A stretch of 64,000 bases of DNA, from positions 24,508 through 88,507 of the forward strand of contig PFVX01000056.1 of NCBI GenBank assembly GCA_002790835.1. The letters are read 5' to 3'. This DNA comes from a bacterium CG_4_9_14_3_um_filter_65_15 (GTDB lineage Bacteria; Krumholzibacteriota; Krumholzibacteriia; LZORAL124-64-63). This document shows positions 8,722-18,042 of the stretch, in pieces. A program made the position numbers and the translations under genes. Numbering within the stretch: the first letter of the stretch is position 1; each line of letters begins with the position of its first letter. The notes beneath the pieces are model-generated. The model searched no databases. It worked only from the letters and a program-made list of their open reading frames with translations, and was not told the origin of the DNA.

Positions 8722-9909
8722 ATGCCGGACAATAACCTGAAGGTGCTATTTTTGGAACCATTTGACACCGGATCCCACCGGGCGTTCCGGGAGGGATTGG
8801 AGGCCTGGTCCCGGCACCGGATTTCCTGCCTGACCCTGCCGGGAAGGTTCTGGAAGTGGCGGATGCGCGGAGCCGCCGCCTGGTTCGCAGACAAGATCAA
8901 CGGCGGGGATTTCGGCCATACCGATGTGCTGCTGGTCACCGGGTTCCTCAACGTCGCCGACCTGCGGGGCCTGCTCAGGCCGCCGCTGGACCGAGTGCCC
9001 ATCCTGCTGTACATGCACGAGAACCAGCTCACCTATCCTCTGAGTCCGCACGAGGAATTCGATTTCCATTTCGGGTTCACCAACATCATCAGCGCCCTGG
9101 CGGCCGATCAGGTGGTCTTCAATTCCCACTACCACCGGGACCTTTTCCTGGAGGCCATTCCGGGGTTCCTGAACAAGATGCCCGAGTCCGTCCCGCGGGG
9201 CGTGCCCGGTCGCATCGCCGAGCGCAGCGGCGTGCTGGCGGTGGGGCTGGAACGGCCCCCCCTGCCCGACGATGCCTACGCCCTCTTCCGGGGAGGCCTC
9301 TGCGATGCGTCGGCCGGACCACCGTGGCCGCGGGCGGGCCGCCATCGCATCCTGTGGAACCATCGCTGGGAATTCGATAAGCGTCCGGGGGATTTCGCCG
9401 CGGCGGTGGCGACCTTGCTGGACCGCGGGCTGGATTTCGAGGTGGCCCTGTTGGGGGATCCTGCGGGAAACGAAGAGGTTTTTGAACCCTTGCGCCGGAG
9501 GTTGGGCAACCGACTGACGGCCTGGGGTTTTCTCCCGGACCGTTCGCAGTATGCGGCTCACCTTGCGGCGTCGGATATCGTGGTGTCGTGCGCCGACCAG
9601 GAATATTTCGGCATCGCCGTGGCCGAGGCCGTCCACGCCGGATGCTACCCGGTTCTGCCCCGGCGCCAGGTCTATCCCTCGCTGTATGGCTCCGCCTGCT
9701 CGGGAAGGCATTTCTACGGTGACCAGGACGAATTCGTCGCCTTGCTTGCCAGCCTGCTGACCACCGACGATTGCGGCCACGTCTGCAGCCTCGATGGGGA
9801 AGTGGATTCCTGTTGCTGGTCCCGCATCGCTCCGAAGTATGATAGATTGCTCGACGTCGTCGGATGCTCCCCGAATCGGAGCGCGGCGGGGGAGGTGGTC
9901 GATGGGTAA
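8722..9909 (+). CDS. Glycosyltransferase with N-terminal DUF3524 (QTMAN/GTDC1-like, tRNA-queuosine mannosyltransferase-type) domain plus GT4 C-terminal domain
   Basis: N-terminus KVLFLEPFDTGSHRAF...WKWRMRG is characteristic of the DUF3524 family. A C-terminal GT4 signature follows (EYFGIAVAEAVHAGCYPVLP). Confidence 0.7.
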   Translation: MPDNNLKVLFLEPFDTGSHRAFREGLEAWSRHRISCLTLPGRFWKWRMRGAAAWFADKINGGDFGHTDVLLVTGFLNVADLRGLLRPPLDRVPILLYMHENQLTYPLSPHEEFDFHFGFTNIISALAADQVVFNSHYHRDLFLEAIPGFLNKMPESVPRGVPGRIAERSGVLAVGLERPPLPDDAYALFRGGLCDASAGPPWPRAGRHRILWNHRWEFDKRPGDFAAAVATLLDRGLDFEVALLGDPAGNEEVFEPLRRRLGNRLTAWGFLPDRSQYAAHLAASDIVVSCADQEYFGIAVAEAVHAGCYPVLPRRQVYPSLYGSACSGRHFYGDQDEFVALLASLLTTDDCGHVCSLDGEVDSCCWSRIAPKYDRLLDVVGCSPNRSAAGEVVDG

Positions 9910-10717
9910 GCTGCGGCCCATGCGGGGTTGTCTGCTCGATGTCGAAGGGGTCCTGGTCCGCAACAAGGCCTACGAGCCGGTGTGCGGGGCGGTGGAATGG
10001 ATGGCCCGCCTGGGGCGATCGCAAATGCCGTTTTGCCTGGTGACCAACAACACCACCGACACTCCGGCCGAGCTTCTGGAGCGTCTCGCCGCCGCCGGTT
10101 TCGACCTGGCGCCCGAGAACCTTGTGGGCGCCCTGGAACTGGGAACCGAGCTCTTGCGCGCCCGCAGTTTGCGGCGGATCTGCTGGCTGGGCGTCCCCCG
10201 CCTGCGGGAATACTGGCAGGAGGCGGGATTCGAGCTGACCGGGGGCGGGGATTGCGAGGCCGTGGTCATAGGGGTCAACCCCGAGCTGTGCATCGCGGAC
10301 CTCGAGGATGTTCTGCCGGCTGTCCTGGATCGCGGCGTGGATGTCGTCTGCCTGCACCGCAACCTTTTTTACCTCGACGCCCTGGATCGGCGCCGCATGG
10401 GGCCGGGGTGCTGGTCCGCCGCCCTGGAGGCCCTGGAGGGGCGCGGCCGGATGGTGATCGTCGGCAAACCGGACCCCCGCATCTATCGTGCGGCCCTGAA
10501 AAGAATTGGCGTGGGTGCCTCGGATACTCTATTTATCTCCGATGACCCTGTTGCCGACCTGGTGACCGCCGGACGGCTGGGAATGCGCACCGTGTTCGTC
10601 CTTTCGGGCAAGCACGCCGATCATGAAATCCTGGGTCGCATGGACCAGGACGACTGGCCTGACGTCATCTGTGGCGGTTTGGCCGATGTGAACCTTGACC
10701 AAGAGGATGCTTCCTGA
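9902..10717 (+). CDS. HAD-superfamily hydrolase, subfamily IIA (NagD-like sugar/nucleotide phosphatase)
   Basis: Motif I LLDVEGVLV is a DxE variant of the DxD motif. Also ...VTNNT and a C-terminal ...GKPDP...FISDD...GMRTVFVLSG. The ATG at 9902 overlaps the upstream TAA. Confidence 0.7.
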   Translation: MGKLRPMRGCLLDVEGVLVRNKAYEPVCGAVEWMARLGRSQMPFCLVTNNTTDTPAELLERLAAAGFDLAPENLVGALELGTELLRARSLRRICWLGVPRLREYWQEAGFELTGGGDCEAVVIGVNPELCIADLEDVLPAVLDRGVDVVCLHRNLFYLDALDRRRMGPGCWSAALEALEGRGRMVIVGKPDPRIYRAALKRIGVGASDTLFISDDPVADLVTAGRLGMRTVFVLSGKHADHEILGRMDQDDWPDVICGGLADVNLDQEDAS

Positions 10718-11601
10718 TGTCGGAAACCCCCGTTGCCGCACCCGCCAAGCCCCGGCGCAATCCCGCGCTGGCCCAGCAGATGGTGAACCATACCCTGAGT
10801 ACCTGGGATCTGGCGCAGCGACGAGCGGGCAGGCCGGAGGACGAGCGGAGCTTTCTCATCACCATGCGGGCCCACCAGCGCCTGGTCTCATCCTTTGAAC
10901 GGGAACGGGGGATTCCCCAGGCCTCGCGCAGCCGTTTCCTGTTGCGAGGGGACGCGCGGGGAAGCTGCCTGTTGATCCATGGGATCTCCACCGGCCCCGG
11001 CGACCTGGAGGAACTGGGCAACCATCTCCACGAAGGCGGATTCGACGTCTACATCATGCGCCTGCCCGATTTTGGCCGCGACGGTGTGACGATCAGCGAT
11101 AATTCCTGGGAATCCTACCTGAACCAGGTGCAGGGATGTTATCGCCTGCTCGCCTCGGGACCGGGCAAGGTCCATCTGGTCGGACTGGGCTACGGTTCCA
11201 CCTTGGCCCTGCTGCTGGCCAAGAACGAGAGGCCGGGCTCGCTGACCCTGCTGGCTCCCGCCCTGATCGCCCGGGAATCCCTGATCCAGAGGATCATGAT
11301 CCGCCTGCGGATGCACCGCATCGGGTTCCTGCGCAGGCGGCTGGGTTGGAATGTCGACCTGGTCGAGGGCATGGATCGCGCCCGGGGAATTGCCGGGAAT
11401 ATCAAGGTGCCGATTTTTGCCGCCCAGTGCCAAGACGATGAGCGGGCCTCACCCGATTCCCTGCGGTTCCTGCAGCGGAAGGCGCGCCATCGGGCGTCGC
11501 TGTTCCAGCTTTTTCCCGAAGGGGGGCACAGTATCCTCGGCTCCCACGGGGACGGTGCCCTTTATGCGGGAATCACGGATTTCATCTGCGCCGGAGGCTG
11601 A
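10717..11601 (+). CDS. Alpha/beta-fold hydrolase (esterase/lipase-like)
   Basis: Alpha/beta-hydrolase-like layout: LLIHGISTGPGD..., nucleophile-elbow-like VGLGYGSTLALLLA, and C-terminal ...GGHSILG. The start overlaps the HAD stop (TGATG). Confidence 0.6.
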   Translation: MSETPVAAPAKPRRNPALAQQMVNHTLSTWDLAQRRAGRPEDERSFLITMRAHQRLVSSFERERGIPQASRSRFLLRGDARGSCLLIHGISTGPGDLEELGNHLHEGGFDVYIMRLPDFGRDGVTISDNSWESYLNQVQGCYRLLASGPGKVHLVGLGYGSTLALLLAKNERPGSLTLLAPALIARESLIQRIMIRLRMHRIGFLRRRLGWNVDLVEGMDRARGIAGNIKVPIFAAQCQDDERASPDSLRFLQRKARHRASLFQLFPEGGHSILGSHGDGALYAGITDFICAGG

Positions 11602-11607
11602 CCGGCC

Positions 11608-12396
11608 TCAAAGATCCAGCGTTCGGCGGTCGATTCCCGCTTGCTGGGCCAGGTTGAGGGCACGCTGCCTGTGGGCCTGCGAAGGGCTCCGCCGGAACCG
11701 GTTCAAGGCGTCCAGGAAGCGGTCCTGAGCCGCAGACCGGTCATCATCCCGATCCGGGTAGTCCTGGGTGGACTCGGGGCTATCCGTCACCAGGGCCACC
11801 AGTTGACGTTCGCTCAAGCGGGCGCCCAGATCCCAACGGCCGCGCCCCAGGGTTTCCAGCACCTGAACGTATTCCGCGAAGTGACGCGCCACCCTGGCTG
11901 CGGTGGCCGCCAGGGGGACCGGCTGCCTGCCGTGCTCCAGCAGGGCCGCCGCCGCTTCGTAGCAGGCCCGTCCACAGACCATGTCCCGCCGATGGCCATC
12001 TTCCCGGGTCATGCCCCACAGGCCGGCTCGCCTGCGCCGGTCCTCGCCCCTGCCGAATAAACCCAGGTTCAACAATCGCTGCTCGCCTTGTTCCAGGTAC
12101 CAGCGCGCCCGCGCCTGACGACCCAGGGTCTTGGACGGGGGTTGCCATTGGGGCATGGAGCCGAAGAGGGCCCCCGATTCGTTGTCCAGCCGCGCGGTCC
12201 GGGTCAGCAGATCGGCCAGGTAGATGTTGACGTCCTCGTCGTTTTCTTCGGCCCCGGTGGGGAATGTCGATTTTGCCCGGGCCTCGAGCAACTCCTCCAG
12301 GAAGAAAAACGACAGCGGTCGAGGGGTGGACCAGTCGGGGAACAAGGGCCGGAAAACGGGCTCCTGTTGGCGGGCACGGGGGCGGATTGCGGGCAT
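11608..12396 (-). CDS. Hypothetical protein
   Basis: ORF with an SD-like AAAGGA upstream of the second ATG. No recognisable motifs. Confidence 0.4.
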   Translation of the reverse strand: MPAIRPRARQQEPVFRPLFPDWSTPRPLSFFFLEELLEARAKSTFPTGAEENDEDVNIYLADLLTRTARLDNESGALFGSMPQWQPPSKTLGRQARARWYLEQGEQRLLNLGLFGRGEDRRRRAGLWGMTREDGHRRDMVCGRACYEAAAALLEHGRQPVPLAATAARVARHFAEYVQVLETLGRGRWDLGARLSERQLVALVTDSPESTQDYPDRDDDRSAAQDRFLDALNRFRRSPSQAHRQRALNLAQQAGIDRRTLDL

Positions 12397-12751
12397 GGAT
12401 CCATTCCTTTCATTGCCGTTCAGCAATCAAATAGCAGGGAACGTGCCGACTTGAATGGGAAAATATCTTTTTAATTTACTTAAAATAAACGAGTTACCAG
12501 TAACCCAAAATCTCGGTGTCTCGGGCGTCCGCTCAGGTGGCTGATATCTGCACAGCGGGAATTGTTGGTTTTTTTGCTTTGGTTCGGCAGAAAACTGTCG
12601 AAAACCATCTCGACGTGGTGCGGAGGCCTGGAGGCCGCGGCCTTGTCCATAGGGGTTCCTCGCATGGGACGTCAGCGTTCTTGAAGCGATGGGAACCAGC
12701 AGCGGATGGAAGCGGGCCGATGGCCCCTCTCGAACGGGAAAGGATGCGGGC

Positions 12752-14671
12752 ATGAGCCAACGCAAGCCGATGTCAGGCAAGGCCGGGAAATCGGATCGAA
12801 AGGCCGGTGGCAAATCCAGGGGCAGGAAGCGGTCCCAGCAGGAAGGCTTCTCTGACTTCATGGACCTGGCCGAGGATGAGGATCCGGGTATGCCCGATGT
12901 TCCGGCCCCCGCTGCGACCGCTGGTGACGGCGGTACCGACACCGCCCCCAACAAACGGGGACCCGCTCGCATCGTCGTGACCGATCTTCATGGCCCGGCC
13001 TGGGCCTGGGGCCTGTGGCCAGCGGTCTGCACCCTGGTGGTCGGCGGGGCCATGGCCAGTGCCCTGCGGTTTCTTTACCACGGCCAATGGAACGTGCTGT
13101 GGGATTATTCAGGTCTGACGAATCTGCAAGGCCTGCTCGACCTCAACGCCTACCCGCAGAATGTCTTTCTGGCGGTGGTCATCATCGCGATCCTGCTGCT
13201 GGTCATGGTGGGTTACCGCCTCAGCAGCATCATCGGGGATCTGCAACGGCGAACCGTCGCCCAGGGAGAACTGTTGGGCCGACTGACGACTTTGCGTTTC
13301 GACAACCAGGCGGCCTGGCAGGACCCCCTGTTCAAGATGAACCCCAACGTCGAAACCTTCACCGCCGATCTCCTGGGCGCCTGGCGTCACCAGGCAGCCC
13401 GCATGGATCGTATGGCAGGCTTGGAGGGTGAGTGCCACCGCCTGGAGAAGGCGCTGAGCGAGGATTCCCGCGACGACCTGGCCGGGAACTTCTCGATCCC
13501 GGTGGTGAGTATGATCGCCGATGAGGTTCTGCAGCTGTTCGACGGCCGGGATGCGGCCATGGAGGACCAGGAGAGCCACCAGGCGAAATTGGGAAGCAGG
13601 GGCCATGACCTGATGGCGGACGTTCAGGATGCCCGCGGCTGGCAGCGCTACACCCAGGATCAACTGAACATGCAGGGCGATGCCGTGCTCAAAGCCAGCG
13701 CTCACCTCAACTCCGCAGGCACTCAGTTGGCCAAGGACCCCCGCTTCAGCTGGAAGCCGGAGGACGTGCTCGCTTTGCTGGCGGATCTCCGGGTGCAGCT
13801 TCAGGGCCGGGGCGCATCCGTCGCTCAACCCAAGGCGGACGGGGGCGCGGATTCGGACCTGCTGGATCGCCTCTCCAAGTTGAGTTTCCAGATCGGCATG
13901 GAAGTCGCCCGGTTGGGTAACCGCGGCGAACGCCTGGCGCCCATGGCCCAGACCCTGGAAGAGGTGGCCAAGGCCGTCCGGGCCCAGGGCATGGGTGGCG
14001 GAGCGCCCGGGGTCGTGCCCGCAAGCCTGACCAAACGACTGCAGGAGCAGATTTCCGCGTTCGAAAAAGCGGCCAAGCGTCCGGAGCGTCATTTGCCGAC
14101 ACTGGTGGTCAAGTTGGGCCAAACCGCCCGGGATGCCGCGGAAAACCTGGGCAAGATCGCCGACAGCTTCGAACCCCAGTACGAGCGCCTGGGTCGCATG
14201 GGCCAGGCTTGTGCCGAGTTGACCGGGGTGGAATTCGACGCCTCCCAGGCCATCGATTCCTCCGCCGGCGAACTGGAACTGAGCAATTACGATCCTTTCC
14301 TGCGGCAAGAGCCGGAGGAGGACATTCCCGTCATCGATCCTTTCCTCGAAAGATCCGACAACCTGACCGTGACCGAGGGCGGACTGGACCCGTTCGCCAT
14401 CTCCAACAACGTCTTGCCCGGCAGCGAGGATGAGTATGCCCAGGCTGCGGCGCCGGCATTTTCCCAGCCGAGCGAAACCGGGCTTCCTGACTCCGGGCAG
14501 AAGGTGTATGATCTTGCGGAATTCGGTGCCGTGAAATTGTCGGCGGATTCCCCCGCCGGCAGGGAAACGGTCCACGACCTGTCGGACTTCGGTGCGGTGC
14601 CCCTGGACCGCGCTGTGGGCGACGACAGGGTCTACGACCTGAGTGAATTCGGAGCGCGGCGCCTGGACTGA
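12752..14671 (+). CDS. Hypothetical membrane-anchored coiled-coil protein with C-terminal tandem short motifs
   Basis: Basic/acidic N-terminus, two predicted TM helices (WAWGLWPAVCTLVVGGAMA and FLAVVIIAILLLVMVGY), then a long helical region. Near the C-terminus there are 3x DPF motifs and 3x (V/Y)(Y/H)DLxEFGAxxL repeats. A possible alternative start is at 12689. Confidence 0.5.
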   Translation: MSQRKPMSGKAGKSDRKAGGKSRGRKRSQQEGFSDFMDLAEDEDPGMPDVPAPAATAGDGGTDTAPNKRGPARIVVTDLHGPAWAWGLWPAVCTLVVGGAMASALRFLYHGQWNVLWDYSGLTNLQGLLDLNAYPQNVFLAVVIIAILLLVMVGYRLSSIIGDLQRRTVAQGELLGRLTTLRFDNQAAWQDPLFKMNPNVETFTADLLGAWRHQAARMDRMAGLEGECHRLEKALSEDSRDDLAGNFSIPVVSMIADEVLQLFDGRDAAMEDQESHQAKLGSRGHDLMADVQDARGWQRYTQDQLNMQGDAVLKASAHLNSAGTQLAKDPRFSWKPEDVLALLADLRVQLQGRGASVAQPKADGGADSDLLDRLSKLSFQIGMEVARLGNRGERLAPMAQTLEEVAKAVRAQGMGGGAPGVVPASLTKRLQEQISAFEKAAKRPERHLPTLVVKLGQTARDAAENLGKIADSFEPQYERLGRMGQACAELTGVEFDASQAIDSSAGELELSNYDPFLRQEPEEDIPVIDPFLERSDNLTVTEGGLDPFAISNNVLPGSEDEYAQAAAPAFSQPSETGLPDSGQKVYDLAEFGAVKLSADSPAGRETVHDLSDFGAVPLDRAVGDDRVYDLSEFGARRLD

Positions 14672-14706
14672 CCTTGGGTTCGGCGGACCGCCCCGGAAAG
14701 GCGTCT

Positions 14707-15294
14707 ATGTCGGGTCCTGGAGAACTCGCGGCGATCCTGCAGGAATGGGACGACCGCCTGGAATCGGCTGCAACCGGCCGTGACCAGGCGGTCGCTTTTT
14801 CATTACCCGTGCCGGTTTCCGCGTTCGTGCGGATGGAACTGGCCTTGCTGGTGCTGATCAGGGAATCCGACGGGGCGCTGGCTGCCGATCTGCAACGTCT
14901 CGACCGTTCCCTGCGCGGGGTCCACGCAGCATTGGCCAGCGTGCCTCACCGCTGCACGCGGGAGTTGGTCCTGGCCTGTATCACCCTCGCCGATTTTCTC
15001 GAAGTGCTCGTGGGCCGCCAGGATGAAAGCGGCGGGGAGGCCTCTGTGGGCGATGACCCCGCCTGGTTGCAGCTCGCCGCCCGGTTCCAGCGCGCCGCCG
15101 GACCCTGCGGCGTCATGGATCTGTTGATGTCCGAGTTGGAGACCTGGACGACGCGCTGGGGCAGATCGGAACCCGATGCCGAGACGGAGCGCGACCTTGC
15201 CGCGCACTGGCGGCGCGTGCGCGAGTACGGCGACGCCCTGTTCGAGCAGGGCGTTCTGGATTCCCTCGGATTCCCACCCGGAAAAAATCGCTGA
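14707..15294 (+). CDS. Hypothetical protein (possibly co-operonic with the upstream membrane protein)
   Basis: The ORF begins 3 nt after the upstream stop. SD GAAAGG lies before the ATG at 14707. No known motifs. Confidence 0.4.
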   Translation: MSGPGELAAILQEWDDRLESAATGRDQAVAFSLPVPVSAFVRMELALLVLIRESDGALAADLQRLDRSLRGVHAALASVPHRCTRELVLACITLADFLEVLVGRQDESGGEASVGDDPAWLQLAARFQRAAGPCGVMDLLMSELETWTTRWGRSEPDAETERDLAAHWRRVREYGDALFEQGVLDSLGFPPGKNR

Positions 15295-15515
15295 TCCCCT
15301 ATTGCGTATTGCACGGTGAAAGAGGATCCGATGGTATCCTGCACCGTCTCACCGTCCCGCGAAGCCCGCGGTGATTCCCCGTAGCTACCGGTAATTCCTT
15401 CAGAAACCCCGATTGGTGTCGATATGAATACCATCCCCTGCCGGGCATGGGAGTTGCTGTTTCCCCGTTGGTGTCGTGGCACACAAGGTTCAGCAACTTG
15501 AGAGGAGACACCTCC

Positions 15516-15734
15516 ATGTCCGATTACAAGGTTCCGATGCCAATGTCCGGGGGAGACAATTTCCCGATGGCGGAGGTCATGACTTCGGTGGAAGCGGCGC
15601 AGTACCTGAAGATGCATGTCAAGACGGTTTGTCGCCTGGCCAAGGAAGGCAAGATCCCCGCCCGCAAGGTCGGCAGCGAATGGCGTTTCCTGCGCTCGGT
15701 GCTCGACGGTTGGTTGGCCGAATCTCTCGTGTGA
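15516..15734 (+). CDS. Excisionase-family helix-turn-helix DNA-binding protein
   Basis: MTSVEAAQYLKMHVKTVCRLAKEGKIPARKVGSEWRF matches the excisionase/MerR-type HTH_17 pattern. A strong SD GAGAGGAG precedes it. Confidence 0.65.
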   Translation: MSDYKVPMPMSGGDNFPMAEVMTSVEAAQYLKMHVKTVCRLAKEGKIPARKVGSEWRFLRSVLDGWLAESLV

Positions 15735-15744
15735 AAGAGGCGTC

Positions 15745-18042
15745 ATGGCCCTGCAGTTTCAACCTCTGAAGCTTCCCGCACCCGACCTGTTCGGCATCGG
15801 ACTGAACGGGTCGTACGGACGCGGCGACAAGACCCACCTGCTCGACCTGGCCCACAAGTGCCTGGCCAAGGACAAGCTGAAGGTCGTGGTCGATGTTTCG
15901 GAGTTGAAGAACCTGGGCGGCGGCGGTGCGGCGGCCTTCGCGGAATTCCAGTCCCTGCTGGTCGAGGCCGGTGGGGAGGCGGTGATTGTCGGTGCGCAGG
16001 ATGTCGTGCTCCGCTTCCTGACCGGAAAGTTCAAGGACCTGCCCCTCCGGCATTTTTCCGATGAAAAATCCGCAGTGGAAGCCCTCACTTCGCTGCCGGA
16101 CACCGCAAGGGAAAAGACAGCGACCGCCGTCGAGGAGGCCCCGGTCGCAGCGGACGACGAGATCGATTTGACGTCGTTCTGCGAAGAGGTGCCCGAACCG
16201 GAACCCCTCGCCGAGGTGGAGGAAGACGAGGACGCCACGAGCCTCGACGAAATCGGGGCGGAAGTGGGGGCGATCGGATTCTCCGCGGAGGAATTCGAAT
16301 TCGACGAGGCCGAGCCCGAGGATTCCACACCCGCCGTCGCGGATGATCCGGCGTCGGATGAGGCGCAGGAGTCGGTGAAGGAGTCGGTCCAGGAGTCGGC
16401 GGACACCACCGCTTCCGGTCGTCGCCGCGAACACAGTTACACTTCGTTGTCCGACGCCATCAGCGCCCTGGGCCGATGGTCGGCCTCCGGTTCGGACGGG
16501 GAATTCGGAAAATCCCTGGAGAACCTCCTGTTCAGCCACGGGCTGGCGGATTCGGCGACCTTCCTGGCGCGACGCGACGACTGCTACACAGACGGCGATG
16601 GACACTGGAGCATCGGGACCGACTGCAGTCTGGTGCGCCAGCTTTTCGATCGGCTGCAACCGCTGACCATTCTGGATATCCAGGACGAGGACCTCACGGA
16701 CCAGGAGGTCTCACTGCTCGAAGGCGTCACACCGGACATCATGTTGCCGGTCCAGAACGAGGGTGAGCCGGGGGCGATCCTCCTGCTCAAACGGGCCGAT
16801 GGCGAGGAGGAATACTCCGTCGTCGAGCACTTCGCCCTCGAACTGCTGATGCGGGTCCTGTCCGGGGAGGAGATGGGCGGATCGCCGGCCAAAGCGGACA
16901 AGGGGTCACCCGCTGTCGCGGCAGCCGATGAATCCGACGCTGATTTCCTGGAACAGGTGGCTTGGACCCGGCCGGCCGCGGGTGACGAAACGCAGGCCGA
17001 GGTGTTGCTCCGGCTGGCGCTCGACCTTCCCGATGCGGAGGATCGTCCCCACTTCTGGCGTATTTTCGCCCGGAACCTCTGGCCCATTCTGCCCATCTCC
17101 ACGCTGGCCTTCCTCGGTCCGGACAAACGTCGGGCGCCCATCATGGTGGGCCGCAACGACGCCTTGGCCGGCATCAACCTGGGCGTCAACCGACTGAAGG
17201 TCTATTTCCAAACCATGGAACGCCCCGTGGCCACGGGCAACCTGCCGGACTTTTTCAAGGACACCAAGTCGTCCCTGCTCGAGGCCGGCGTCGACTGGAT
17301 CATTTCCCTGCGCTGGGAAGACCACTACCTCGGCACGGCGTTCTTCAGCCTGGATGAGGAGTTCGAACAGGTCGAGGACGAGGTGGCCGAAGGAATCAAT
17401 GAACTGTTCGGCGAGACGGCACGCATGCTTTCCCGCTTCGACGATTCCCATGTGAACGCCGACAGCAATCTCGAGCTGGTCGCCATGCTTCTGGGGCAGC
17501 GGGAGAAACGGATGTTCGGCAGCGACGAACAGACGCATTCCATGGTGACTAACCTGCGACGCCTGGCACGGGCCATGGGGTTCCCACCCGACCAGGAGCG
17601 GGACCTGATCTACGGCTGCCTCCTGCGGGATGTCGGGCTCATCGACAAGGACGACGACCTGCTGGGTCCGCCCGAACAGCTGGATCCCGTGCAGTGGTCC
17701 CTTTACCGGCGCCACCCCGAAGAGGGCGCGCGGCTGCTGGAAAAAATGCGGATGTCACCGACTGTCATCGAGGTCGTGCGCCATCACCACGAGCGCTTCA
17801 GCGGGGACGGTTTTCCGGCCGGACTCGAGGGTCGTGAAATCCCTCTGTGTGCCCGGGTGGTCACCGTGGTGGAGAACTACGTCGCCATGGTCGTGGGGAC
17901 GACTGTGCGCGAGCCGGTCGCTCCGGAGGACGCCGCGCGGATCATGCTTGATAATCTGGGTCAGCGCTACGATCCGGACCTGGTGCAGCTTTTCCTGCGT
18001 GCGGTGATGCCGGACCCGGGGCGGGAGCCGGTCCGGGTTTGA
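15745..18042 (+). CDS. Multidomain signalling protein: STAS (anti-sigma antagonist-like) domain, acidic linker, GAF-like domains and a C-terminal degenerate HD-GYP domain
   Basis: N-terminal STAS-like fold, a roughly 100-aa Asp/Glu-rich linker, two GAF-like regions, and a C-terminus VRHHHERFSGDGFPAGL (HD-GYP signature with GDGFP). The HD motif reads LLRDVGL, so the catalytic His is replaced by Arg. It starts 11 nt after the HTH gene. Confidence 0.7.
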   Translation: MALQFQPLKLPAPDLFGIGLNGSYGRGDKTHLLDLAHKCLAKDKLKVVVDVSELKNLGGGGAAAFAEFQSLLVEAGGEAVIVGAQDVVLRFLTGKFKDLPLRHFSDEKSAVEALTSLPDTAREKTATAVEEAPVAADDEIDLTSFCEEVPEPEPLAEVEEDEDATSLDEIGAEVGAIGFSAEEFEFDEAEPEDSTPAVADDPASDEAQESVKESVQESADTTASGRRREHSYTSLSDAISALGRWSASGSDGEFGKSLENLLFSHGLADSATFLARRDDCYTDGDGHWSIGTDCSLVRQLFDRLQPLTILDIQDEDLTDQEVSLLEGVTPDIMLPVQNEGEPGAILLLKRADGEEEYSVVEHFALELLMRVLSGEEMGGSPAKADKGSPAVAAADESDADFLEQVAWTRPAAGDETQAEVLLRLALDLPDAEDRPHFWRIFARNLWPILPISTLAFLGPDKRRAPIMVGRNDALAGINLGVNRLKVYFQTMERPVATGNLPDFFKDTKSSLLEAGVDWIISLRWEDHYLGTAFFSLDEEFEQVEDEVAEGINELFGETARMLSRFDDSHVNADSNLELVAMLLGQREKRMFGSDEQTHSMVTNLRRLARAMGFPPDQERDLIYGCLLRDVGLIDKDDDLLGPPEQLDPVQWSLYRRHPEEGARLLEKMRMSPTVIEVVRHHHERFSGDGFPAGLEGREIPLCARVVTVVENYVAMVVGTTVREPVAPEDAARIMLDNLGQRYDPDLVQLFLRAVMPDPGREPVRV

